DNA of 63,777 nt, the filler included, from Collodictyon triciliatum (lineage: Eukaryota), in the NCBI GenBank assembly GCA_043381765.1. It is 6 parts of 6 records of this genome, joined end to end, with 100 filler letters (N's around TTAATTAATTAA, not from the genome) between each part and the next. Parts side by side here need not be neighbours in the genome. Positions count along the whole stretch, not along the records: positions 12,989 to 25,841 come from JBHJMP010002085.1; positions 25,942 to 38,793 come from JBHJMP010002086.1; 4 more parts are not named here. One strand, given 5' to 3'. The notes under the pieces are model-generated. The model saw only the letters and a list, made by a program, of their open reading frames with translations. It made no database searches and was not told the origin of the DNA. The position numbers and the translations under genes are program-made. Of the stretch, positions 13,296 through 32,600 are shown piece by piece. Within the stretch, counting starts at the first letter, position 1. Every line of letters starts with the position of its first letter.

Positions 13296-16200
13296 AAAAG
13301 GGACATTGTCTATGCTCGAACAGTTTATGAGCGATTCTTGTACTATTTTCCGACTGCGGTTCGATTTTGCATCCTAGCTACTCCATTACCAGAATAATAC
13401 TTAGGATAACCCCCCGAAAAGCATATATATATTTTGTTCTGTACTAGAGCCTTTTTTCTTTCTTTCTTAATTATTAGGGGCGCGTTTGGGCTCAATATGC
13501 ATCTCATGAAATTAGAGAAAAACAAACATCGAGTGTAGAGGCTCTCTTCAAAAGATGTTTGCTTTCCGTACCAAACACTGAGTTGATGAAGACTTACATA
13601 GAGTATGGAGGCTCTCTCCTTTTCCCTTAATGTTGACAAGTTGCTTCTCTTAATTCTTTATCCTTTGTGATTCGCTCTTGAAGAATTTTTGAAGAACATT
13701 ACGTGTCTGTCTGGATGATTCCCAACGATAATGATCATTTATATTCCTTTAAGCGCATACCCAATTCTTTATTTCATATCATCCCTGCTATCTAAATTAG
13801 CTCCTCTCTATTATATATTTTCTGGAATTACATTGCCACGGCTAGCCTTCTTTTAATCTCCATTATTCTATATTTTCAACTAATATGCAAATCGATTTTG
13901 CCATTCAGCTACACAAAATCTCGGCGTGGTACTGACCCTCGCTTCAACGACGAAATCATACGTGTATATTCTTTCGCAATACAACATATCGGGACTGATC
14001 CAATGTCTGGATCTATCTGGATGGATTATATCACCTTCCTTACAAAAATATCGGTATAATTTCTCACATGATTGTAATGAACGTCACTGCTTTAAATGAT
14101 CTGAATTTTTTCGGATACTCAATTAAACTGCTTAACATACATTCTTAATCTCTGCAATAGAAAACGTTATCGAAAAAGCAGAATTTTATCTATACAGCCT
14201 AGAATTGTATAGTGCACTAATAGAACTTATCTCTCCCTAAAAAAAATAATAAAATACCTGCAGCAAGAAGAGGTCCGCCACCACGAGCGCCTGAAAACCG
14301 TCTTCAAGGAAGTAGTAAGGCTTCGAATTCAGCTCTTTACAATTTTTTTTTATTGTTTTAAAGTGGTAGGATTTCGAGATTAAATGGTTATTGATATTTT
14401 CTTTGATGCAAAACAGTTCAATATTCCTCTCATTCACATGGAGGACATGATGAAGGAATATGAAAGTTATGAAAACAAGCACAATCGCTCAACAGTGAGT
14501 TAAAATTGCCCCATTTTTGTGGTTTCGTTTTTCCGTAACAAGCATAATATATCGCATGTTGTATTCTAAATGATGAACTTATATCTTGGTGAAACTTCAT
14601 CTCCTTCAAATATTATTTCAAAAGAACATAACATCTTTATATCATGTTGCAGGCCCGAGAAACGATAGGTGAAAAGAACAAAATCTTTCAAGCAACAAAA
14701 AATTATTTAAAGGAACTTAAGGTGTCGTATGCTTATTTATTCTTCTTTATTTCTATGCATGTCATAGTACTGCTATCTTTGACAGTTATCAATTCTTGTT
14801 TGATTATCAGAGTGTGACAGACCTCATCAACCGAAACATGTTTGCAAAACCTCTCACATGCAAAGTTCATGACGATAATCAGGTGGTGACATATACTAAG
14901 TCATATTGCGCAGCATTTTTGTTAACAAAAGTGACGCTTACAATTATTCCAGTATCGAGTTTGGCAGAGTCTTATCGCCTTGGAAAAGGAGAATCGTCTT
15001 TCGATGGAACAAAATGTGTGGAGAGCCCGAGTTGGATTCTTTTACAACCAAATGATTCAGTACTTCTATCATTATCCGGATATTTGGTAAGTTTAAATTG
15101 GTAGTGATTGCTATATTTGAGACCTATAAATGTATTTTGTAGCAGTAGTCATTTGCAGACGTTTTAGGTATTTTATGTATATTATTTTAATGTCTTTTTT
15201 ATGTTGCTGCGTAAACATGTCCCCCTCTTTTTCTCTTTTTTTCTCTTTTTCCTCTTTTTCCTCTTTTTCTCTTTTTCCTCTTTTCCTCTTTTTCTCTCTT
15301 TTTCCTCTTTTTCCTCTTTTTTTTTCTCTTTTTCCTCTTTTTTCTCTTTTTTCTCTTTTTTCTCTTTTTTCTCTTTTTTCTCTTTTTTCTCTTTTTTCTC
15401 TTTTTTCTCTTTTTTCTCTTTTTTCTCTTTTTTCTCTTTTTCCTCTTTTTTTCCTCTTTTTCCTCTTTTTCCTCTTTTTCCTCTTTTTCCTCTTTTTCCT
15501 CTTTTTCCTCTTTTTCCTCTTATTCTCTTTTTTCCTTTCATTATCTTGTCCAACAGGATTGATGCAGCGCGTTTTCAAATACAGTATCAAGGAATCAAGG
15601 AGGCGACGAAGCTTTTTGATGATGCTATCAAAGCTATTCCGGACAGGTTTATTATACAATCCTAAACTAGATTGTGTCATAACGTTAATAAAAAGCTATC
15701 CTGATCGTATTTTTCTTCCTGTATTTTAATTGTTCCTTCATATGAATCATGATGACATTCAGAAAATTCATTTCCAATCCAACCCACATCTTAACCAATA
15801 GCCCCTTACTTCGGCTCGTTTACGCTGACTTCCAAGAGCAACGGCACCTCGAAAAAGTAAACATCTTTTTCTCCATTGAAATATATTTGATGTAACCGAA
15901 CTCTGGAGTAAATAAAAAAGCAAAAAATATTGATTATGTTTGCTTTTGTGTTCTATGGTAAATGTCCGAATATAAATATGGCATAGGAAACTACGATAAT
16001 ATATGAAGATTTGATTCGAGACATCCCGAGTACTCTCGCTCATATTCAATATATGCGATATGTTCGAAGAGTTAAGGTTGCTTTTCACATTAGATAAAAT
16101 CGACAAATAATTATCAAATTAAATGCCATCACAAGACAATCATCATTTTCCTTCTCTGCAACAATGTCATTTTTTTTTATTCTTCCTTTCAATTTTGTGT

Positions 16201-18882
16201 TTGCAACAATGTCATGTTATGTATTGGCAACAGGGTGACAATGAAGCCAGAAAAATATTCATGAGGGGAAAAAAGATGCCTGGGTGCACCTATCACCTCT
16301 ACGTTGCTGCGGGTATGCTGAGTTTCTTTTCCGACGATAGTCTTCCTTTTCAGCTATGTATATTATTAGCAAAATAATCATATACAATCAGCCAATATTG
16401 AGCTCTATGTGAACCGAAAGCCGGAGAAGGCCAAGAATATTTATGAGCACGGAATGGAGTTTTTCTCAAAGGATCCAAACTACATAAGACATTATGTAGA
16501 CTTTTACACCAGACTTGACGAGGACATCGGTAATCATTGCTGAACCGACAAGAATAGGCGACATAAGATGCAACCTTGCCTTTCTATCTCTATCTATCTT
16601 TATCTTTATCTCTATCTCTATCTCTATCTCTATCTCTATCTCTATCTCTATCTCTATCTCTATCTCTATCTCTATCTCTATCTCTATCTCTATCTCTATC
16701 TCTATCTCTATCTCTATCTCCATTTCTGTTTCTGTTTCTATTTCTATTTCTATTTCTATTTCTATTTCTATTTCTATTTCTATTTCTATTTCTATTTCTA
16801 TTTCTATTTCTATTTCTATTTCTATTTCTATTTCTATTTCTATTTCTATCCATTCATTACCACATATCACCAGGTTCTCGGGCCTTTTTTGAAAAGCTGC
16901 TGAGTCAGAAAGATTCAAACGCTGTTGAAAAGCATGTAATTATGAACGCTGATGAATTTTTAGAGCTTACACATGTCTAAATCCAAAATATGCGACTTAT
17001 TGTTAACCAAAATTCGGTAAGGTTTGGAATCAATTTATGGAGTTTGAATGCGAAAGGAACGACCTAAATTTGATATCATCGGTGGAAAGTAAAAAGGGGC
17101 ATGCTCTCAATGAACGTAATGCGTTATTTCTATGCATGTATCCGAATAATTCTTTCTGGATGGGGTTCATTACCATATCAATCGTTCATCCAGTTGCCGC
17201 GTTGACGCTGACACATCGCTACCAATTCATCGATTTGTGGCCTTGCACCGATGTTCAGATGAATCATATTGGTAACGCACAGACAAAATAATCATTTGGC
17301 GGATGCATAATGAATATATGATATTGCAGTGAGAAATTTGGTTTCACGTGTTTTAAACTTGACAAGTTTTTCTTCACGTGACATTAATTTTGCAAATGCT
17401 CAAACAATTTGAAACATATAGCTCATGTTCGTGAATTGCGTCAGTCTGGCAATGGATTAAGGCACTGTTTTATTCCTATCCGACTATTGTTATTTTTATT
17501 ATCATTACTCTTTCTTCTTCTTCTTTTTTTTTTTTTGGAAACGTTACTGGCAAACCAATATACACCAAATAAAATAATAATATAGGCATATCATCATCAA
17601 TAATTAGTAATTATTTGCTTTTGTTGGAGAAATGTCCCCATAGTAATATTTTGTACTAAAGAGAATCATCCAAAATGGAAACCTAGGCCTAAGGACAGAG
17701 ATGAAGCAACAAAGACAAAAGGCTCAAGCGCAGCACCAGAGGATGTTGCCATGCCAAACCTCACCGCCGTTTGTCAATTGAACATTTTTTTCAATTTTGG
17801 TTTTTTTTTTTTTTACTGTTTTTTTTATAATACCTCTAAGACTTACCAAAATCTTTTTCTTCTATTTCGAATATCTCCCTTTTCATTCTTCTTTTCGCTC
17901 TTTCCATCAGCTCATTCCATTAAGAGATTACGACATGCTCAATGCCGTCCGTCACATGCTTCCCCAAGCCCTGATACGCTTCATGTCTAAGTTGCACTCA
18001 AACTTTGTCCCGCAGGGTAATTAAATCTCAATTATAAACAAATAAAGCAATCAAAAGACAAACCAATAATATGTTTCATGTTTGCCATCACCATGAATTT
18101 ATATTTATGTAGAAATCGTGTCGAATCCTTCTTGTCTCTACCACAATGAACAAACATTAGCTTTTCTCTCCGTATCCAGGGCCCCAAATAGACCCCCTGA
18201 CTCTATGCACGGCGATTCTGGAGGCCCAGATTGCACTTCCTAGCTCCCTGCAACACATCGCAAGAGACGAGGTGAGTCCACAAACACCACAACTGCGTCC
18301 TAATCCATCAATTTGTGAAAAAACAAGAATAAAAACAAAAACAATGAAGACCATTGATATACAACAAGAGATCATATGCACACATATATATCAACGAAAT
18401 TTTAATGTCTAACGCAATACTAAATATGAAACGAGCAGAAGCACAGCCAGAAAGGTTCTTGTAAGATGCCTCTTACTATTTACGATTTCTCTTAATCCTG
18501 CACCGCCGTATGAAAAGTTTTCCCAACAGCAAGATGAGTATCTTTGCTGTAAGATAGGCACTGTGAAAAGGCAGACTAAAGCCTATTTGTTTTATTTCTT
18601 TTCCTAATCCTCGCAACAGTCCAAAACATGTCTTATATCTGTTGAAGTAACGAGCTTCTATTTCTTGAAAACGCATGATAATAGCTGCAGATTCACAAAG
18701 GAAGCGAGACCGAGATGACGACGATGACGAAGGTACGCGTTTGTGATTGGAATGGAAAGTCCCTTTATGTCTTGATTAATCAGCTGTTTGCTTTTCAGGC
18801 GTCCGTCCCAACAGAAAATCTGCTGGACGCTCTTGAACTGCAAGCCGAGCGGGCACCAAATAAACGAGAGCCTTTTTTTTAA
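13296..18882 (+). CDS. CSTF3: Cleavage stimulation factor 77 kDa subunit (CstF-77/Rna14/Su(f)), HAT repeats, 5' truncated
   Basis: Spliced exons give ARTVYERFLYYFPTAGRVWAQY, FAIQHIGTDPMSGSIWMDYI, RVGFFYNQMIQYFYHYPDIW, CTYHLYVAA, RYQFIDLWPC and YPGPQIDP. The 3' end is approximate. Confidence 0.9.
15225..15540. repeat. Intronic pyrimidine-rich ~9-mer repeat (TTTTTCCTC/TTTTTTCTC)n
   Basis: Direct inspection. Confidence 0.95.
16157..16215 (-). mobile_element. Family B retroelement 3' stub (31 nt) with perfect 14-bp TSD
   Basis: TGCAACAATGTCAT at 16157-16170 and 16202-16215. The insert on the minus strand is AACACAAAATTGAAAGGAAGAAT-A(n). Confidence 0.85.
16582..16850. repeat. Intronic microsatellite (TCTCTA)n then (TTTCTA)n
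   Basis: Direct inspection. Confidence 0.95.
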
Positions 18883-19327
18883 AGTCAAAATAAAATAAAC
18901 TTATCCGAAGACTAAAAAAACGAGGAGGAGAAGAGTAAGGCAAGACAACAGACGTTTCGAATGTATGAAATGCCATCCAAGTGATAGATTCAGAGGCCAG
19001 AAATAGCAAAAAAAAAAAAAAACATATGTATGTCGGAAGGTAATTTTTCTCTAAAATAGTTCACAGATTATTCGCGGCATCAATAGTAATATTAATGAAC
19101 CACAAAAAGCACGAGAACATTTCGAAACTTGATGTTGGAGACCATTCGAAATAGTGCTCTACTCGTTCCTGCGGATTGGAATGCCGCAGGTTTGTTTCTC
19201 TGACAATTAGGAATGATAGCGAGCGTGTCCAAAGCACTGAGGAAATCCCGTCAGGAGCATCTACAATCTTTGGAACATATGCCTTGTCCACACTCGCTCT
19301 GCTGCCCGTCTGTTTGCACTTTCCTCG

Positions 19328-25620
<6,293 letters not shown>

Positions 25621-25841
25621 TATAAATCATATGAATTTGTGAGGTGGTATATACGTAAAAAAATATATATATATGTGAGCAAAAAGAATAAGATATGAAA
25701 AAAGAAAAAGTAAAAGTAAAAGAAATAGAAAAAGAAATAGAAAAAGAAATAGAAAAAGAAAGAGAAAAAGAAAGAGAAAAAGAAAGAGAAAAAGAAAGAG
25801 AAAAAGAAAGAGAAAAAAGAAAAAGAAAAAGAAAAAGAAAA

Positions 25842-25941
25842 NNNNNNNNNNNNNNNNNNNNNNNNNNNNNNNNNNNNNNNNNNNNTTAATTAATTAANNN
25901 NNNNNNNNNNNNNNNNNNNNNNNNNNNNNNNNNNNNNNNNN
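25842..25941. other. Artificial contig linker
   Basis: N44-TTAATTAATTAA-N44. Confidence 0.97.
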
Positions 25942-26001
25942 TTACCAAAGATTAGGCAACAAATGATATTCACTCATCTATGCATGCGACATAACAGACA
26001 G

Positions 26002-26129
26002 TCATGGCAACCATCGCCATCGACAAGATGTGTGGAACTCTGACCATGGCTGACGGTTCATTCAACGTGGATTTGTTCCGCAGACTGAATCCCGACGAGG
26101 CATTGATCCGAGAAATCAGGCTCTCGTAG
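26002..26129 (+). CDS. Probable 3'-terminal exon of an unidentified gene
   Basis: Coding-like frame MATIAIDKMCGTLTMADGSFNVDLFRRLNPDEALIREIRLS* after a CAG, near the contig start. Confidence 0.35.
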
Positions 26130-26380
26130 GCGCATACCATCCGTCTTTTCTTACGAGCTCTCACATAGAACAAAATTTTGTTGGAATCCCCCACTAATGC
26201 ATTCGGAACACTGTAATGCTACTCTATCCAAACACAAGTATGATGCTCTACACCACAGAAGCCAAATAGGCGATTTTTTCCCTCATATTCTCATTTCTCT
26301 TTTCATTCTTAATATCTGCTCCTTGAAAATAAAAACCTTCGGTCATCCATTTTAGAAAACTATTTCAGTTTTATGTCATG

Positions 26381-26415
<35 letters not shown>

Positions 26416-26464
26416 GATGTTACGATGGATAATATGATGGCGGTGCCCTTTCATGTCTGGCAGG

Positions 26465-26915
26465 CAGAAATAGAAAAACAAGACGTATCTTCGATTCCAT
26501 AATTTGGACTAATTTTCCTTCGCACAAAAGAACATGTTAACTACGGAGAGCTTCGTGATATGTAACCTTTGCGAAAAGAAACTTGACGTTCGCCTATTAT
26601 GCCCAGCCCGTCGCACAGAGAACCAAGGAGAAAGAGCAAACAGCACAAGTCGAATCCAAGCTTGGAACTTCACACACCAAAGACAGTCCGAGCAAGCAGG
26701 AGCGCATTTTTCTAAAACCACAAACGCGTATCCATACTCCGGTTAAGCAAAGTCCACTGCCGGCTACGCATGGTTCCGAAACCAGGGGACGGTCAAGCGC
26801 CACCTCCAATAATACCAGAGAAACAACGATGTGTCGCTTTTTGTCTGAGTCGCCCAGCAAGAAACGCAAGGAAAGTGACCCGTTGTCCCCCCAAAAGACT
26901 CATCCAGTGGAATGA
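26465..26915 (+). CDS. Possible small low-complexity protein, exon structure unresolved
   Basis: GC-richer open frames with S/T/P/K-rich translation ending SPSKKRKESDPLSPQKTHPVE. Splicing is ambiguous. Confidence 0.3.
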
Positions 26916-27095
26916 AATAGGATGTAGTCATTGTCTGAGATAGACGGTTGAAAGGACTCGTCGGATTTGATTCTTGAGAAGAAACTGCCGCGTGTGTACT
27001 TTCATCGACCCGACAACTTTATCCGCTCTTCTGTCAGTCTTGAATACAACCAGAAATCGAAAACAAAAAAAAAATGTGTCAATATCAATCCAGAA

Positions 27096-29589
27096 ATGGA
27101 TGTGCGATTAATATACGAACATAGGGAAAATGATTTCCTTCGTGCGGTATAAAAAGCTCTTTGGTTCGTGACATAGGCAATCGCTTTCTTACATTAATCA
27201 GCAATAGAGAATACCCACAGACTTTGATAACTACAAAAACACGGACAATGCAGGTCAACATGGAGATTCCTCGACTTGCCACGGTTAATCTTGGAAAAAG
27301 GTGATTCGGTCTCGTTTTTAAACCTCATAATTGCTGTGTCCCTCCTATTCGATCTTTCTCTCTGCCTATATATATATTTTACCTTTTCCTTTTCTTTTTC
27401 CATTTTCCCTTTTTCTTTACCCTTTTTTTTTTCTAACAAAATCTTCTGTCTGTTCAAAAAGTTTTCTTGTTCTTAAGTTTTAAAAAAATTTTTAACACAG
27501 GTTGGTTACCAACGTGATAAAGCTCTTTGAGGGCCCGCCTCGTGAAGCACCGGCCACTGAGGCCTCTGAACCGTCCGTCCCAGGTATGTACCGTGTATTT
27601 ATACTCAACTCAACCATGGCGATAACAAACATGCACAACCTTGGGTTATTACAACACCTTGTGGGGCAAAATTGCCTCTTTCTTCTTTCACCGGGAGCCA
27701 GCTGGGGCGACCCTGGCTCATACCTCCTATTATGACATGGATGAATTTGCTATATTCTATGTAGACAAAATATCAGAGGAAGCAGATATCGAATGTACCC
27801 CCGAGCTCGTAAGTTCCAAATCTTTCAGTATTAAACCAAACCGCAAGTGCCCATATACTACCCTCAAGTCAGCACTGTCAATCAATTGATTAATCCATTT
27901 CGATGCAGGAACATCTGTACCGTCGCGTTTATGAATGCCTACTGTGTCCGACTTCTGATGAAAATCTTTGGGCCTTTCGCAACTTTTTATATCACAGGAA
28001 TGATTTTTGTTTCGAGATATTAGTATGTTTCTTTACTTTGTGCAATGTCTCGTCCGCTTGAAGATACTATGACATAATATTCGTAGTTTTCCTAAATTGT
28101 GATGTTTGAAAATTCTATCAACAGGTGCGAATTCCTGTTCGAGTCATTTAGAATTAACCATAAAACGCATACACGAATTACACACAATATTCAGTCCACA
28201 AACGGGGTAAATATTGCAGGATTATTTTCTTATGGACAAAGAAATTGATTCATGAGCAATCCTTGAGATACTCGTGTCACGCTTTTGTATTTATATTTTT
28301 TTCTTATGAAATCCTCTTAAAGTTGCTCATTCCGTATGTATTTGTGTGTAATTTTAAATGTGTTCATCTTTTGCTCAGATCCTACTTAATCGCCTAACGT
28401 CCCTCAAAGACGCAATCGAGATGGACAGCCACCCTTTATACGGAAAACATTCATGGAAGGTCTCTCTTCTCTCTTCTCTCTTCTCTCTTCTCTCTTCTCT
28501 CTTCTCTCTTCTCTCTTCTCTCTTCTCTCTTCTCTCTTCTCTCTTCTCTCTTCTCTCTTCTCTCTTATCTCTTATCTCTTATCTCTTTAATTCGCCTTAA
28601 GATAATTTGAATGCTATATTTTATGTGGTAATAATTGAGCTCCGCAATTGATCATGCATGAATCTAAATTCACTTCATTTTTTATTTATTTATTTTCAAC
28701 AAAACTCTAATTGCCTGACACGCGAATCAAGAGCACTAGCGAATATGACTTATGGAAAAAAACGAGCATAAAGAATTTAAGTGATAAGATCTCAGAACTT
28801 TCGGTGAGACTGATATTCCCTTTCGCCTGTTCTCCCTGCATTTGCATTTACGGTCAAGAGCGTCGGTATCGTGACTTTCTCATACTGACCTCAACATTAT
28901 TAAATAGAAATCTCCTTTTGGTGGGACATTATATATTGGAGGTACCGTTTGTTTTATGTGTTCTGTATATGAATAATGAAAAGCAAACCATTTGACGCAA
29001 CTGTAAATATTAATCTCATAGCAACAATCTAAAACCTAACATATTTTACCACACTTTACATGTATATTTTACAAATAGTCATCGATTCTTCCAACATTCT
29101 TCCTGTGGATACTCAAGGTTCAGATCCAATATCTTATCGCCCAATACAGTCTAAACTTTGCAGCAATAGAGCATTAAAGATATTTATAACTATTATTTCT
29201 TAGGTCTTGGCTTGAAGCCATCATCTGCCGACCCATACGTCGCCATCAATCTCATGGAATCAAAGAAAAGCGCTGAAACTGCAAAAAAATTTTGCTGCTT
29301 GCAACCCGTCTGGAAGGAGTTTTTCGAATTGTATGGCCATAGCTATACAATCATTAATAATACAACGAAACTCGTATTACCCTATACTCCCAATTCGTTA
29401 GCGCCTGAACGTTTTGCCCATAAATTTGACATTTAAATGTGTATTTCAACAAATAGCTCGATTTCGACATCCGAAGAATTAATAAAATTATCGTTAAAGG
29501 ATCATGTGAGCCTTTCTTACCCTTCTTAAGTTTCCCCCTACCCCTATGTCTCTGTCTCCTAATTTTATTGGTACAATATTGCTAACATG

Positions 29590-29686
<97 letters not shown>

Positions 29687-32600
29687 GAATACAACAATTG
29701 ATAAGGACCTTGGGTTCGTCTATATTCCAATTCGCTCTTTTCAAGATGGTCAAGTATACAGTACGCAGGAAATCAATAAAATATATAACCATATTTCAAA
29801 GTGATACCCTATCCTTTCTAAATCTATATTGACCAGACAATCATGATAATTAGAGTATTCGTCTATAAGGACATTCAGATGACCATTTCTATTAATGTTT
29901 AGCCCTTCCCTTCGACTTCATGCTCCCAATGGAATCGAATATCATACCTACAGATTTGTCCATTACTGCTCTTCAATCAGCCTATCGATCAATAAAGGAC
30001 AAAGGCTTTTATGAGGTAGAGATAGTATATATTGGAACGATTGCAGATCATTTTTCTCCAAATATCTGAGTGTCGAATATTAATGAAAGTCAAAATGTTA
30101 TTTGCATAGACAACTACTTCAAGTTTCATGAATTTCATGCATGGCAATACCTCCAAGAAGAATGTGCAAATTATGCTAGGCGGAACAGTGACCTTGTGCC
30201 TACAATTCATTCAGAGAGATAACGCCCTAAAACCACCGGTTTTTACATATAAAAGGAGCTAAATATAAATTTGTTGTAATCTAGCAATGCTTTTTCTTTT
30301 CATGTGAAAATGTACCCTTATTGAAGCAAATTATTATGCATCATTCTTCTTTTTTTTTTTTTTTTATTCCCTCAGATTGGCAAAACTATTCCCAATTACA
30401 AGGAAGATCTGCAGACTCTAATAGGATTGTAAGTGCCATGGAAAAACATAAAAGCCTGTTCATATTTGTGATCTTTTGAATATGTAATATGCTCACTGAT
30501 AATATTAAATAAGGTTCACCGAAGCAGCCAGGTGGAGGGTAATTGATGGAGTGAATGGTAAAATTCTGCATTTACTGACTGACTTTTTTTCAATTCCTTT
30601 GTTCGATTCCTATGTATACTACCCGGTATACTGGTGCTTTTCTTTCGACCAAATAGTGTACCGGAATCTAATTGCCCGGCTTCTTGACTGTTGTTCAATC
30701 ACATTTAATTATCTTTGTAAATAGCCGATAAGGGAGCCATTCGCCTGCCTAAAGACTGTAAAATAGTCCTTCAGGATTACTGTATCCGGTACGGATTTAG
30801 TGAATACGCCGTTGATATAGCATACGCCAAATGGGTTATTCAAGACTTTATGAGGAGGACATCTCCCAAAGCTGTAAGAGATCTTTGCCTTTTAATTATA
30901 TTTATTTATATCATCCCAACTGGATAAGTTCAGAAGTATCTTAATATTTATATTTTAATTTATTTATTTTTTGTTAATCTTCAATTAGAATATATACCTA
31001 CCATACTATGACAATACCGATATCAATATTTTTACTTCACAGAAAGGTGCGCACCCAAAGAGGAATAGCTTCATATATGACAACATTAACCTCTCTCTCT
31101 CAAGCTCTGGGTTGGGAGAGTCATATTACCAAAGAATGGAGGTCTGCTTCATCAGAAGTTTAATTTTTCTCACTACCAGGATATTTTTATATCATCGCCA
31201 AAATATGTCTTTTTTATAATGAATTAGTTTGCCATTGATGAATTCAAAAGGATTGAGAGTAATGTAACGACTAAGGAGGTAAACAATCGTATTAGAGGCT
31301 ATGATCGTTTTCTTGATATTTTTTTTATGTACGCCCGTCTTAACATTAATATAAAATCAGCAAATATATGTCGATATAGAGAAGAAAATAGGACAATGGA
31401 AGGTAGAAAATTAATTGGTATGCTATTCGTGCTTATTAGAGTTAATGATACTAGGCAGAAGAAGTCAACCTACTCATATACGACTTAGATTTGCATCTCC
31501 AAAGCATGATAGCAAATTTCTCAGAATCAATGCTTACAAAGAAAAAGACTGCTTCCCAATCGTATTAAACTTTCCTGCATTTTTTATTTCAATCCATTAA
31601 TGTTTTAAAATTTTGCCTTGATGCTTAATATTCGAATTTAATGATCTCATTTCATTTGATACAGCTGGTTTTTGTTGCTGCTAACCCAATCATCTGATTA
31701 ATTTTAAATAAAAAAAGTTTAATCTGCGCATTTGATCTCCAAGCCAAGATTTCTCAAAGAAAGAGTGAAAACCATTCTCAGTTTCTTACAAAGTGTTTTC
31801 AGGTACACCCTTCTTATTTAGATATAATTATCTATTGTATGACCATGAATAAAATTCGGAAGAACTTTTATGTTTATTTTATTTGTCTTTGTCTTTGTCT
31901 TTGTCTTTGTCTTTGTCTTTGTCTTTGTCTTTGTCTTTGTCTTTGTCTTTGTCTTTGTCTTTGTCTTTGTCTTTGTCTTTGTCTACATGAACCCGTTTCT
32001 TAAGATAGGGCAGCATCATCTCACCTGTATTTACTGTATTTTTTTTCTCGCATAAAGAGGGGGATTGATGCAAAAATCCGTCGAATACCTCTTGAACTTG
32101 CGCCAGAATCAAACACCGACGGCTTAATATTGTAATATTAAACAAACAACTATAAACCTACTGGCAAATTGGTGTCGGTGCTGTTTTTATATATAAAAGT
32201 ACAGATTCACCATGTATCCATATTTTGATGAAATCGACTGATTATTTTTTTTTATTGTTATAGCAAATGGTCAAATCTCGTCCACTATGAATTGAACGCC
32301 TCGTACAAGACATTCGACAGTCTTTTTCTCAAGAGGAATTGGTAACTGCTCTTGTGCCCTAAAATGATTAAAAATTTAGGAAAAAAAATCACACTGGTTG
32401 TTCAATTTTTCTTTTAAAAATAGACCTAAGATTATCAAACTTACATATCTGCAGGGGAGTTACACCAAGAAGTGTCATTCCGAAATATGTGTGCGCAGCC
32501 TTTAGAGATAAATTAGTCGAGTACAGCACACGAGTTTCAGCCGATCCAGAAGTTTCTATGAAGCTTTATCTAGAGTGCAAGGAGATTAGCTCCATGCTAT

